Assembly (NCBI GenBank): GCA_963733675.1
Contig: CAVTET010000001.1
Span: 736,001-800,000 of the forward strand
Direction: 5' to 3'
DNA length: 64,000 bases
DNA from: an uncultured Methanosarcinaceae archaeon
GTDB taxonomy: Archaea; Halobacteriota; Methanosarcinia; Methanosarcinales; Methanosarcinaceae
Position 1 is the stretch's first letter. Each line of letters begins with the position of its first letter. Positions 10,792-21,735 of this stretch are shown one piece after another. The translations under genes were made by a program, and so were the position numbers. The notes under the pieces were generated by a model. That model saw only the letters and a list, made by a program, of their open reading frames with translations, ran no database searches and was not told where the DNA came from.

Positions 10792-11931
10792 TTATTTTAA
10801 TCTAATATCACCTTTTTTTGGATCATTAGAAAGATCCCTGTTTTCTTCAAACCATCTACAGTATTCTTCAGGGCATTGTATCTCAGGGCACTTATGTATA
10901 TATTCCAGGATATCTCTCATTTTCGCACTGGCCATTGATACTGATACATCTGCACTTCCATAATAAATACGAATTTCATCCTCCACTAAGACCCATCCGC
11001 AAGGGAACACAACATCATTAACGTCTCCACTACGTTCATACATTTCACGAGGCCCGAAAACCCATCCTTCAGATCTGTGAAGCACTTTCCGAGGATTTTC
11101 AAGATCAAGAAGAGCTAATCCAAGTCGATAACTTGCTTTAGATGTCGTTTGGCGTACTCCATGGTACATAATTAACCATCCATCAGATGTGCGAATAGGT
11201 TGTGGAGATAAACCTATCTTGTTAGCATCCCACCATCCACCTTCACGAGCATACAGAAGAACCTCGTGTTCTCCCCAGTATTTCATATCTGGAGAAAAGG
11301 ATATCCATATATTCGCCTTTGAGCCCTGCATACCGGATACCGGTCGATGTAACATTGCCCACTTACCATCAATTCTTACAGGAAAAACAGCAGCATCTTT
11401 ATTTTCAGGAGGTAGGACAGCTCCTACTCGATCAAAATTACAAAAATCTTCTGTAAAGGCAAGAGCTGGTAGAGGACCAGAATCCGAAAAAGCCGTGTAT
11501 GCTACAGCCCATTTTCCCATCTCATCGATGTAAGTTATACGCGCATCTTCAATGCCGTATATCTCTTCAGGGTAGTTTATAGGATCTGGAGCAAAGGTTG
11601 GTTTACTGTCAATCTCCCAGCCATCAATTCCATTCTTACTCCTGGCTACCGTGAAATGAGAAAAGCCCCTGTAATCTTCAACACGCACCATTAATAAAGT
11701 CATCCCATTAACGATAGCTGCTGCAGGATTAAATACTGAATGGGCCTGGTACGGCCAATCTTCAACAGTAAGTATAGGATTTTTCTTACACCTTTGGAAT
11801 AGCTCTCCACGCCCTTTCCATATTATGTTATCTTTCTCTACTGAGTGGACATTATGTGGCAAATCTTCAAAGATAAGTGTAGAATTTTCCTCATCTCTTT
11901 GGAACAGCTCTTTGTGATCTTTTAATATCAT
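10792..11931 (-). CDS. GH130-family glycoside phosphorylase/glycosidase, paralog 2 (35-aa N-terminal duplication)
   Basis: SVFNPAA, GIEDARIT, NKDAAVFP, LHRP, YHGV, NDVVFPCG, YYGSAD; nearly identical to 14661-15692. Confidence 0.88.
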   Translation of the reverse strand: MILKDHKELFQRDEENSTLIFEDLPHNVHSVEKDNIIWKGRGELFQRCKKNPILTVEDWPYQAHSVFNPAAAIVNGMTLLMVRVEDYRGFSHFTVARSKNGIDGWEIDSKPTFAPDPINYPEEIYGIEDARITYIDEMGKWAVAYTAFSDSGPLPALAFTEDFCNFDRVGAVLPPENKDAAVFPVRIDGKWAMLHRPVSGMQGSKANIWISFSPDMKYWGEHEVLLYAREGGWWDANKIGLSPQPIRTSDGWLIMYHGVRQTTSKASYRLGLALLDLENPRKVLHRSEGWVFGPREMYERSGDVNDVVFPCGWVLVEDEIRIYYGSADVSVSMASAKMRDILEYIHKCPEIQCPEEYCRWFEENRDLSNDPKKGDIRLK

Positions 11932-11939
11932 GTTATCTT

Positions 11940-12146
11940 CCTAATTTCATTTAATGTATTTATAACATATTCTATATCTTTGCAGAGCCCTAGTCTCTGC
12001 TTCATCACTCACTCTGGATTGCAAGAATTTACTGAATACTTTGTTTTCAGATTTATTCAAAAAACTTAAAGCTATACGGTAACAAATTACGGGTTCTGTA
12101 TCTATATTATAGTTAATGCTGTCGCTGATGAATCCATTGTAGACGA
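11940..12146 (-). pseudogene. Decayed copy of the 3' end of the large GT4 gene
   Basis: Aligns with ~15700-15907 (shared TGCAGAGCCC, TGCTTCATCACT.ACTCTGG, CAAATTAC, TCGCTG.TGA). Confidence 0.75.
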
Positions 12147-12486
12147 CACCTACTTAATACAAACATTATTAATATTTAACACTTGTTAAAATTTAATACA
12201 TTGCATATGGGATCACTTCTTGCTCAGAAGCATTTGTTAATATCATTTAAAATCATTATAAAATTATTAAATAACATTTATTTAACCTAATTCATGCATT
12301 ATTTTTAAACTATTTTACTAAATAAATTTATTCAATTAAGTTCTTGCAGTAGAACCAATGGTATAATTAGCATATAAATAGTACCGAATAAAACTAAGTT
12401 GGATAGTTTATTTGTTCCAATTTTCCGCACAGGTATATAAAAAATGATATAGATTTTCTTAATATGATAGTAGCTTATAATATAGA

Positions 12487-12571
12487 ATATTTCGATAAAT
12501 CTCTCATTTTCAAGAGTCATTCATATACCTTTTATAAGCAGAAGACAAAATTTAGAGATTTATCGAAGTCC
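12487..12571 (-). mobile_element. ~85-bp MITE, family A, copy 4
   Basis: ATTTCGATAAATCTC...GAGATTTATCGAAGTCC. Confidence 0.85.
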
Positions 12572-12904
12572 TATATTATCTAACTTTTGGATAATAATAG
12601 GCAAATTGGCAAACAATTTCTACATCTATAGAACTTAGGTTATGAAGTTACAAGGATGATACAAATATTCGGATTAAATTTTTGATTAACTTCTTCACAT
12701 AGTTAAACGCTGCGATAGGTTAAAAAGGTACTCTTATACTAACAAAAAAGAGTATCAGAGATTCAATCATGTACTATTATTTTCTTTCATAAAAGGAAAA
12801 TGTAATACGAATCACAGAAAATATGATATTGAATCAAAAAACTTATATGTATTTTGCAATATAGATCGTCTTCCAAAATAAGAGCGCATTAAATACATCT
12901 CTTT

Positions 12905-14195
12905 TAAAACTCTTCAATATTTCTCTTCAAGTCTTACAATGCCATATTCTCCAAGGTAATCCACCTGAGAGATCTTAATGAAAACAAGGTCTTAGTTGCC
13001 TATATTCCTTATGCTGTGAACATAGTTTAGCGGAAGATCGACAAAGTCTCCGGCAAAAATTCCTATTTCATTCCCACTTTTAGTTACAATTTCTTCTCCA
13101 TTGACTATATACCAGGGCACATTTCTATAAGCATGGTGCTGAAGTGAGATTTCATCCTTAGGTCCAATTGTGAAAGTCTGACTTTATCCCTGGCATATGC
13201 AGAAATACCTCACAGTGCCCCTAGGGCCTTACTGATTCAAGTTTTCATTTTTCAATAATTGTTCCATACACTTTGATGTAGTCATCTTCCATCCTGTCAA
13301 CAGAAAAAATTTTCTCCATCTTTCCCTACATTTTTTGCGGGAGATAAAACCAACTTTTTGCCCAGTCTCTGCAGCCTCATCAATATTATTGACCAGAAAG
13401 CCAGTCTCTCAATCTCTGATCAACTCAGACACCATATTTCTGTTCATTGCAATCACAGGTGTAATGCAAGCCATAGCTCCAACTACATCAAGTTCGAAAG
13501 CCTCATCATGATTGATCATTGCAGTAAAGCGTATGCATTTGAAAAGAGTTCCTTCTTGCTCTCAGGATCGACATGTCTCTCATAAATAATTTGTTTATTG
13601 TCTATATAGGACTGTAGTTCTTTTCGAAATCTGGCTTATTTGCATTTTTATCTTTATGAAAGCGCAAGCTAAATCTCAGATAGTCCGATGGATTCTCATT
13701 AAAATGAAGATGTTCTATATCGATGTAGTTTCGAACCGTAACTCTATAGTCCAGCTCATGGAATCTGTCAGCATCACTTATTGATACATAAAATGTTCTA
13801 TTATTGTACTTTATATAGACAGGAATACTTTTACTTGAATAAAGGCCGTGTATTGTTAGTACAAAAGGTATAATTGACAAGAGCACTGTAGGTAAGGGGA
13901 AAATAGTCAAAATGATTGTATATTATAACAAACTCATTTGCGCTCTCAAAAACTTCAGATATAAGCAGGCATTCGGCACACCTTCATCAATATACTATTA
14001 TCTTCTCAATAGGGTCTAGGGCATGCTGCATGAAGTTTAGCTGAAGCATGAGGATTGACTGTCGCAAATAATGTAACATCAATTCCCCTTTTTACTAGCC
14101 CTTCGGTTTATCAAGATATAAGAGGTTTCCATGAGCCATATTCTTTAGGTAGCGTGGTCCAGGCAATTGGAGGTAACATTCCAATTCTTATAATA
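12905..14195 (-). pseudogene. GT4 glycosyltransferase fused to a C-terminal cupin (type-2 mannose-6-phosphate isomerase-like), multiply disrupted
   Basis: Fragments RIGMLPPIAWTTLPKEYGSW, TEGLVKRGIDVTLFAT, TIHG, YVSISDADR, AMACITPVIAMNR, ETGFLV, then ISLQHHAYR..WYIVNG, VHSIRNIG, DYLGEYGIVRLE. Confidence 0.82.
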
Positions 14196-14660
14196 ATACC
14201 CCTTAAATTACTCACAGACATTATTTATAATTTATATTCTGGTCTTCCGTCATTAGGTATTTAATATTTTCAAGATTAAGTTCCCAATGAAAAACATTTT
14301 TGTGTTTTTATGCACTGAAGCAGATATGTTTTAAATACTTCACTGAAATCCGGCACAAAAACGGCTGAAAAATGGCATTAAGAGTATTCTGGAAATAATA
14401 TCAAAATAATATAGGACTATTACAACTCAAAAAAATATCTATACACTAATTTTTGAAATATAAGCATTTATAATCTTGAAAACATCAACTACTTAATGAT
14501 AGACTAACTGAGTTGTCAAAATGTGTAATTGTTAACTCATTCAAAACTAAAAAACAATCATAACCAACATTCAAAGAAAATGAGCTCAAAAAAACTTGCA
14601 AATTAAATATTAAATTATATGGTTAGATATCGTTTTTCCCAAGCTGAATAACTAAGATTT

Positions 14661-15692
14661 TTATATTAATTTAACATCGCCTTTTTTTGGATCATTAGAA
14701 AGATTCCTGCTTTCTTCAAACCATCTGCAGTATTCATCAGGGCATTGTGTCTCAGGGCACCCATGTATATACTCCAAGATATCGCTCATTTTCGCACTGG
14801 CCATTGATACTGATACATCTGCACTTCCATAATAAATACGAATTTCATCCTCCACTAAGACCCATCCGCAAGGGAACACAACATCATTAACGTCCCCACT
14901 GCGTTCATACATTTCACGAGGCCCGAAAACCCATCCTTCAGATCTGTGAAGCACTTTCCTGGGATTTTCAGGATCAAGAAGAGCTAATCCAAGTCGATAA
15001 CTTGCTTTAGATGTCGTCTGGCGTACTCCATGGTACATAATTAACCAGCCGTCAGATGTGCGAATAGGTTGTGGAGATAAACCTATCTTGTTAGCATCCC
15101 ACCATCCACCTTCACGAGCATACAGAAGAACTTTGTGTTCTCCCCAGTACTTCATATCTGGAGAAAAGGATATCCATATATTCGCCTTCGAACTTATCCG
15201 AGATACCGGTCGATGTAACATTGCCCACTTACCATCAATTCTTACAGGAAAAACAGCAGCGTCTTTATTCTCAGGAGGTAGGGCAGCTCCTACTCGATCA
15301 AAATTACAAAAATCTTCTGTAAAGGCAAGAGCTGGTAAGGGACCAGAATCCGACCAAGCTGTATATGCTACAGCCCATTTTCCCATCTCATCGATGTAAG
15401 TTATACGCGCATCTTCAATGCCGTATATCTCTTCAGGGTAGTTTATTGGATCTGGAGCAAAGGTTGGTTTGCTGTCAATCTCCCAGCCATCAATTCCATT
15501 TTTACTCCTAGCTACCGTAAAATGAGAAAAACCCCTGTGATCTTCAACACGCACCATTAATAGAGTCATCCCATTAACGATAGCTGCTGCAGGATTAAAT
15601 ACTGAATTGGCCTGATACGGCCAATCTTCAACGGTAAGTATAGGGTTTTTTTTATACCTTTGGAATAGTTCTCCGTGGTCTTCCCAGCTCAT
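14661..15692 (-). CDS. GH130-family glycoside phosphorylase/glycosidase, paralog 1
   Basis: Same GH130 motifs as paralog 2; starts 10 bp after the GT4 gene stop (operon). Confidence 0.9.
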   Translation of the reverse strand: MSWEDHGELFQRYKKNPILTVEDWPYQANSVFNPAAAIVNGMTLLMVRVEDHRGFSHFTVARSKNGIDGWEIDSKPTFAPDPINYPEEIYGIEDARITYIDEMGKWAVAYTAWSDSGPLPALAFTEDFCNFDRVGAALPPENKDAAVFPVRIDGKWAMLHRPVSRISSKANIWISFSPDMKYWGEHKVLLYAREGGWWDANKIGLSPQPIRTSDGWLIMYHGVRQTTSKASYRLGLALLDPENPRKVLHRSEGWVFGPREMYERSGDVNDVVFPCGWVLVEDEIRIYYGSADVSVSMASAKMSDILEYIHGCPETQCPDEYCRWFEESRNLSNDPKKGDVKLI

Positions 15693-15702
15693 GTTATCTT
15701 CC

Positions 15703-18102
15703 TCACTTCGTCTGATTTGCTAATGACGTATTCTTTACTCTCTGCAGAGCCCAAGTATTTGCTTCATCACTGACTCTGGGTTTCAATCGTGTACTAAATG
15801 CTTTATTTTCATGTTTCTTTAAAACGTTCAAAGCCATTAAGTAGCAAATTACTGATTCTGCACCTTGATTAAAGTTCATGCCATCGCTGGTGAGCCCATC
15901 GCAGACTGAACCGTTTGAGTAATTGTACATAACAGTTTGCAAGCGATTTCTACCTAAGAAATATTCAAAAGAATATTTTGCGAGTTCTAGATATTTCCTT
16001 TTTTTCACAATCTCATAAGCCGAAACATAAGCCTGAGTCAGGTAACCCGCCTCTATAGGTTGCTGGTCAAAAAGTGGTTTTTCTTCATTGAAGGAATACC
16101 AACCCTGATTTCCAATCAGATCAAAAAATTCGTTTCTCCATTGAATCTCAGTAAGGAAATCCAACGTAGCAAGACCAATTTTTTTGTAAGTTTTGTCTTT
16201 GGTATAATTATAAGCAAGTAAGAGAGATTCACTTATTTTTGCATTGCTGTAGGTAACCGTGGGCTCAAACCAGTTCCAGCCTTCTTTATGATTAGTCTCA
16301 TATAAGTCAACCAGAGAATCCGCATGACTGATAAAAATAGATTCAAAAGAGTTTTTCCCTACAAAAGAGTCTATGTACTTGACAGCATCCTTGTGTGAGT
16401 TGAATGGAGACTCAGATTCATCTGCCTCCACTCTTTTTTTGAGAATCTCATACAAGCCGCACATTGTGTAGGCTTTTGCCCTCGGGTAGCTTAGATTTTT
16501 CATTTCTGGTTTGGATCTGTTGACGAGGATATGTGCGAGTGTGAGCATATTTTTGGAAAGGTGAGGACAGCTGATTACATGACCAAGTCCATAGATAGCA
16601 CGTCCAAGAGTATCTTCACTGCCTTTTTCATCTAAAAATTTTCCTTTATAGCTTCTGAAGTTATGAAAATGGCCCATGTCTGTCTGTGCATGTTCAAGAA
16701 AGCTCATGTATGTTGTAATTAACTTCAAGATATCTTCTGTTTTTTCTTCACTATTAATTAATTGTGTCAGAGCAACAAGAGCTCTGCCTACATCATCAGT
16801 GCTATACCCATAACGGAGAGCAGGTACATCTATATCTGTGTGCTGTATAATCCCCACGTTATCTGTCAATAGCTTAACGTGGTCTAGTTTTACTTCAGGT
16901 AGCTTATTTGGAAGAAAACTAAATCTGTCTCGTATTTTTGGATAGGTAGTGTAGTTATGTAAAGCCTTATGAAAGATAGCAGCATATTCTTTACCAACAT
17001 TTTTCCATGTCATTTTTCTGCCAAAATTGTATGCATTTTGACGCATAATATTAAATTTTTCTGGATTTTCAATTAAATATGAGAGAGCTTTTTTAAAGCC
17101 TTCAGTGTCTCCAAAATCTACAAGCAACCCGCGATTATCGGAAAGCATTTCCTCAGCATACCAATAAGGAGTGGAAATGATTGCTTTTCCCATGCCTATG
17201 GCATAGGTCAGAGTCCCGCTTACTATCTGTTCTCTGGAAAGATAGGGAGATGCATAAATATCACTTGCAAGAATATAATTGCAGAGTTCTTCTTTTTCAA
17301 CAAACTTATCATGGAATACTATATTATTCTCAATCTCAAGTTCTGAAACAATGCTCTTAAGATATTGCCTGTATGCTTCCCCATCTTTCTTTTTGATCAT
17401 AGGATGCGTGGCGCCCAGAATAAGATAAACAAGGCCAGGATATTGAGTTATAACATCAGGAAGAGCTTTGATCAAACTTTCGATACCTTTGTTTTGGCTC
17501 AGCAAGCCGAAAGTGAGGATAAGTGGAGACCCTTTGAGATTCAGTATCTTTTTATACTTATCACAATTGCTAAATGGATAGTCTGGCATCCCATGGAAGA
17601 TAACCTCAATTTTGTCTTCTGAAATTTCATAAACATCTTTTAGTATGTTTACTGCAGTTTGGCTCATTACAACGAGTTTGTCGGAATACCTTGCTAGCTT
17701 TTCAGTGGATACTCGATACTCATCAAGTTCAGGCTCCTGGATCACAGTATGCATCGTTGTTATTACAGGCTTGCTTATTCCTGATAGGAGAGCGAAAATG
17801 TAATCTCCTGCGTCCCCCCCAAAAAGACCGAATTCGTGTTGAAGACAGATAACGTCTGCATCGGAATGATTTATAAAATCTGCAGCTCGGTAGTAATCTT
17901 CGAGCTTGTTCTTTTCAATTTGAAAAACAACTTCTTCTGAATAATTATAATTTTCAGGAGGATCTATCAAAGCAATGACTTCACAATGAATGTCATCCTT
18001 TCCTACAGAAACCGAATTTAAAAGATCAGAAGTAAATGTAGCAATCCCACATTCTTTTGGAACATAGGTTCCTATAAATAATACTCGTAATTGCCTATTC
18101 AA
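15703..18102 (-). CDS. Large GT4 glycosyltransferase with a C-terminal six-hairpin-like domain
   Basis: PKECGIATF, QHEFGLFGG, FGLLSQNKGIE, QIVSGTLTYA; C-domain GIIQH, GYSTDDVGRAL, WNWFEPTVTYSNA, FDQQPIEA, NQGAES; TTG start. Confidence 0.88.
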   Translation of the reverse strand: MNRQLRVLFIGTYVPKECGIATFTSDLLNSVSVGKDDIHCEVIALIDPPENYNYSEEVVFQIEKNKLEDYYRAADFINHSDADVICLQHEFGLFGGDAGDYIFALLSGISKPVITTMHTVIQEPELDEYRVSTEKLARYSDKLVVMSQTAVNILKDVYEISEDKIEVIFHGMPDYPFSNCDKYKKILNLKGSPLILTFGLLSQNKGIESLIKALPDVITQYPGLVYLILGATHPMIKKKDGEAYRQYLKSIVSELEIENNIVFHDKFVEKEELCNYILASDIYASPYLSREQIVSGTLTYAIGMGKAIISTPYWYAEEMLSDNRGLLVDFGDTEGFKKALSYLIENPEKFNIMRQNAYNFGRKMTWKNVGKEYAAIFHKALHNYTTYPKIRDRFSFLPNKLPEVKLDHVKLLTDNVGIIQHTDIDVPALRYGYSTDDVGRALVALTQLINSEEKTEDILKLITTYMSFLEHAQTDMGHFHNFRSYKGKFLDEKGSEDTLGRAIYGLGHVISCPHLSKNMLTLAHILVNRSKPEMKNLSYPRAKAYTMCGLYEILKKRVEADESESPFNSHKDAVKYIDSFVGKNSFESIFISHADSLVDLYETNHKEGWNWFEPTVTYSNAKISESLLLAYNYTKDKTYKKIGLATLDFLTEIQWRNEFFDLIGNQGWYSFNEEKPLFDQQPIEAGYLTQAYVSAYEIVKKRKYLELAKYSFEYFLGRNRLQTVMYNYSNGSVCDGLTSDGMNFNQGAESVICYLMALNVLKKHENKAFSTRLKPRVSDEANTWALQRVKNTSLANQTK

Positions 18103-18501
18103 TTGATTCCACCAACTTATAGAATTTGAGTTAAATTTTATCCCCCCATTTTAGCCTTAGATTTTTTATAATAAACTTAAAATTGTATACTTTATCTTAA
18201 TACAGTTCGTTCATCTTTCAGTTTCCCATCTGCAGCTCTACTGCATTAATATTGTATTATCAATTAATCGTTATGAATAAATTAATTGTCCAGATTCATT
18301 TCTGGAAGAATAGTTCACTGGTAAGTTTTACTCACACATTCATCACACATTATCCGATTAAGATATAATTTGTAAAAATGTGTTACTTTTACTGCGTTTT
18401 TTGCAAACCTATTTCTGTAAACCTATATCCGGATGATAGTTTCAGTAGTCGTTTTAACGTTTACAGTATTACTTTATTCAGGCACAACTGAAAAATGATT
18501 G

Positions 18502-18597
18502 GAAGAGAGCCCGGAAAGTTATGTTCCTTATCCCAACTCCAAAGGTATTGCCTGAACAACAATATTTCCTAAACAACATCTTCCGGGCAATTCTTTC
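18502..18597. other. Long GC-stemmed hairpin in AT-rich intergenic DNA (candidate sRNA or terminator)
   Basis: GAAGAGAGCCCGGAAAG...CTTCCGGGCAATTCTTTC followed by T-rich sequence. Confidence 0.4.
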
Positions 18598-18882
18598 TTT
18601 TTATTTATAGGTTTACTAATTTATTATCCTACAAAATAGAATACCCATCTACTTTATTTCTAATTTTTTATACGAAAAAATGTTTATGAACAAAAATTAT
18701 GTTTACGTAGCCAATTATAAAGATAAACAATATTTTAATATTGGGTATGTAATTTTTCATTATTTTTGGTAATTGTAATAATTTAGTAGCAAGTCCATTT
18801 CTAAAACGATCTAGACTTTAACACAAAATATTTAAAATAATAAAAAATCCAAAAAATAATAAAAAACTCAAATGAATATAGA

Positions 18883-18967
18883 GTATTTCGATAAACTCCG
18901 ATTTTTGACTGGTTGCTTATAAAGCATATATAAGCAATTTGTTGAAATCGATGGTTTATCAAAATTT
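18883..18967 (+). mobile_element. ~85-bp MITE, family A, copy 5 (divergent)
   Basis: ATTTCGATAAACTC...TGCTTATAAA...GGTTTATCAAAATT. Confidence 0.75.
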
Positions 18968-19699
18968 CCTCTAAATATTTTTTTTGTTGCTTCATAAATA
19001 ATTTTTCGCTGCTAAACTCTTTGTGATGTCCATGGTAGCATACGAGATATGTTTTGCAAGTTATCTATGTGGATATCACTGAATATCCCCCACACATTTT
19101 AGAGATTGTGGGTTTATCTTTTTTAACAGTGTTCTTTGGACGTCTTCTATGGTTTCAAGGTGTTGATGATGCCACCAGTTATTATAATTTTTGGTGGTGA
19201 GCTTAAGTTTTGTGAAATCAACTCTCATATCAAAAAAACGTTCCTGCGTCTTTCAAATGATTTGCAATCTTCGAACTTTTACCAAGGATAGCAAGCTGGT
19301 GAATTGTTAATCCGCCGAAGATTGGGAATGATTTACCTACATGACAATATGAAAGCTGTTGACATTTTTGTTGTAATTGGGAGCCTTTGCCACCTCTGAA
19401 TTGGCTCCCAATTGTGCGATTCAACCCTGCGATTAAGAGACAAAACATATTAACTCTTAATCGTTAACTTCTCCTATATGTTGTAGCTGTATATAACATG
19501 AACGAATCTCAAATTCCCCTTCCATTAAGTTATATTGCTTTCTTACAATATAGCTGACTTGTCTTATTATTGACTTATATAAAAATTATTTCTCTATTTG
19601 AGTATATATATATGTATATATATACATATCTTTTTGCAATTATATCCTTCTCATAATTATTATTCTAAATATATAATTCTCGTTAATTATGATAGATGG

Positions 19700-20122
19700 C
19701 TAATTTTTCCAGAATAAAAGAACAGTAGGTTCCTCAATTCATAGTTTCTTCAATTTCGAAACCATTTCTACAAATCAAAAGGGAATAACAAAAATTATTT
19801 GAAGTAATTAAGTAGTTGATTGTGGCAACGAAAAATGACTACACTCTGGTAAAGACACAACCAATTTACTGGCTACGTCTTCTAATTATGTAGTCTCGTT
19901 AATTTAATAACTTTACCTGATGAAGCAAAATATGCGCCTCCAAAAATGTTTAATGTTTTGATTTCGTTCTGTAATATCTTTGACCAATTCTTTTGAATCT
20001 ATAACAAAATATATCTAGTCAAATATGCCAATCTATCAAAACGCTTTCAACTTATTTGAAAATGAGGTTCACAAAAATGCTGCTGACTTTAATGATATTC
20101 CACATTATGTGGCAGAGACACC
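19700..20122 (-). pseudogene. Possible heavily decayed IS remnant (IS1595-like)
   Basis: Minus strand begins GGTGTCTCTGCCACATAA (IR-like) and gives fragments resembling a Zn-ribbon transposase N-terminus; weak. Confidence 0.25.
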
Positions 20123-20270
20123 AAATATATGGGAATTAAAATAGAAAAATAAAATTTTAAGAGAATATTAATTATGTGCTCTAGATATATTGGAAGCTCA
20201 AAGCTAAAACTTGATGTTATTGAAATAAACGGGTTAAGCAAAGAATATTTGATCCTTATGAAATACTTGA

Positions 20271-20306
20271 GGATTTCGATAAACCTCTGATTTTAAAGAG
20301 TCATTT
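20271..20306 (-). mobile_element. Half copy of family A MITE (copy 6)
   Basis: GGATTTCGATAAACCTCTGATTTTAAAGAGTCA, then the similarity stops. Confidence 0.75.
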
Positions 20307-20511
20307 CTGTACCTCAGAAATATCACCAAATTTCCATTCTGGATCAGACAGAAATATTGATTAAAGCATAAAAATAGTGAGCTTTGGTTTTGCTCATCGT
20401 TTTTCCATTATAATATATCTATCCCATTTATTGAATACCAACTAGCTCTAGATGGAGAACTATCTTCCAGAATGACAAAATTAGCCCTTTTGAACCTCTC
20501 AATTTTGAAAA

Positions 20512-21735
20512 TTATATTCCGAAAGCTGTCTGAGCGATTGTATTTTCAATTTCAATTCTTAGCTCATCTGGGATTCCCCTTATCCCAACATCCAGGAATC
20601 CGCGAACGATCATACCAACGGCTTCTTCTTCGGGAATTCCCCTGGCCATCAGGTACTCCACCTGATCTTTAGCAATTTTTCCTACGGCTGCTTCGTGAGT
20701 AAGCTCAATATCAGCTACATTTGCTTCAAGGACTGGGATTGCTAGTTGGCTTCCCTTGTCAGTAAGGACGAGCCCCTTGCATTCCAGATGCCCTTTAGCG
20801 CCATTTGCATTGCCTACCATCTCTCCCCTTGCAACAATTCTTCCGCCAATTGTGATCGTCCTTGAGACCAGTTCAGCTTTGGTTTCAGGAGCATTCAAAA
20901 TCGCCCGGCTTCCAAGATCAAGCTCAGAGCCTGAATGAGCAATTGCTATGGTATTGAGCCTGGCAACTGCTCCTTTTCCTTCGAGCCTGACAGTTGGGTA
21001 GGTCTGCACAGAACGAACGGGCTTGAGGCAAATGTAATTGCTTATATAAGTTCCTCCTTCCTCCACATGAACTACTGTTCTGGGTCTGACTCCTATTTGC
21101 TTGGCCCAGTTGTGAATCATTGTGAAACTTAGAGTAGCTCCTTTTTTCACGTACATCTCGGAAATTCCAAGATGTAGTCCTTCTTCTACCCCTTTTTTGG
21201 AGGTACAGCCTGTGATAATATCAAGATTTGCTTCTTCCTCAACGATTATGATATTATGTACGGTCTGAGATATCTTTTTGCTGTCCAGCATAAGGCAGGT
21301 CTGAACTGGCATAGAGGACTTCTTACCTGCAGGGACACGAACAAAGTAGCCGTCAGCATTTTCTAGATAGGTTTTTGAAGTGTATTTGTCAGTGTCCACC
21401 TGCACGAGTTTCCAGGAGTAATCTTTCAGCCACTCATACTTTTCCATGGCTTTGTGAGTAGACATAAGCTCCACATTTTTATCTCTTAAGGAAGAGTGTG
21501 AGACTGCATTGTCCAACATAAGGAAACTTCCAGATCTTCCTTCTTCGTTTGGTACTACCCCTACTTGTAGCAAAGTTTTTTTGCTTTCTTCGTCAAGTGT
21601 CTGGAGGTTTTCAATAGGTTTGCTAACCTTGGAACCTTCCTCAAAGTTTTCCAGCTCAAAGTCCTCGCCATAAGAAGCTTTTTTATTGGCTGAGCTCTCA
21701 GCTCTCTTTTTCAGGTTCAAACCATCAGTCTGCAT
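20512..21735 (-). CDS. sufB: SufB/SufD-family Fe-S assembly scaffold (SmsB-type)
   Basis: VHNIIIVEE, ITGCT, GHLECKGL, THEAAVGKI, EYLMARG, IVRGFL. Confidence 0.9.
   Translation of the reverse strand: MQTDGLNLKKRAESSANKKASYGEDFELENFEEGSKVSKPIENLQTLDEESKKTLLQVGVVPNEEGRSGSFLMLDNAVSHSSLRDKNVELMSTHKAMEKYEWLKDYSWKLVQVDTDKYTSKTYLENADGYFVRVPAGKKSSMPVQTCLMLDSKKISQTVHNIIIVEEEANLDIITGCTSKKGVEEGLHLGISEMYVKKGATLSFTMIHNWAKQIGVRPRTVVHVEEGGTYISNYICLKPVRSVQTYPTVRLEGKGAVARLNTIAIAHSGSELDLGSRAILNAPETKAELVSRTITIGGRIVARGEMVGNANGAKGHLECKGLVLTDKGSQLAIPVLEANVADIELTHEAAVGKIAKDQVEYLMARGIPEEEAVGMIVRGFLDVGIRGIPDELRIEIENTIAQTAFGI

Noticed and set aside
11189-15399. Paired plus-strand ORFs 11189-11533 and 15058-15399 as a gene family
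   Set aside because: They are antisense shadows of the duplicated GH130 genes; most other short overlapping ORFs in the track are shadows too.
19603-19629. (TA)n palindromic tract
   Set aside because: Simple low-complexity sequence in AT-rich DNA.
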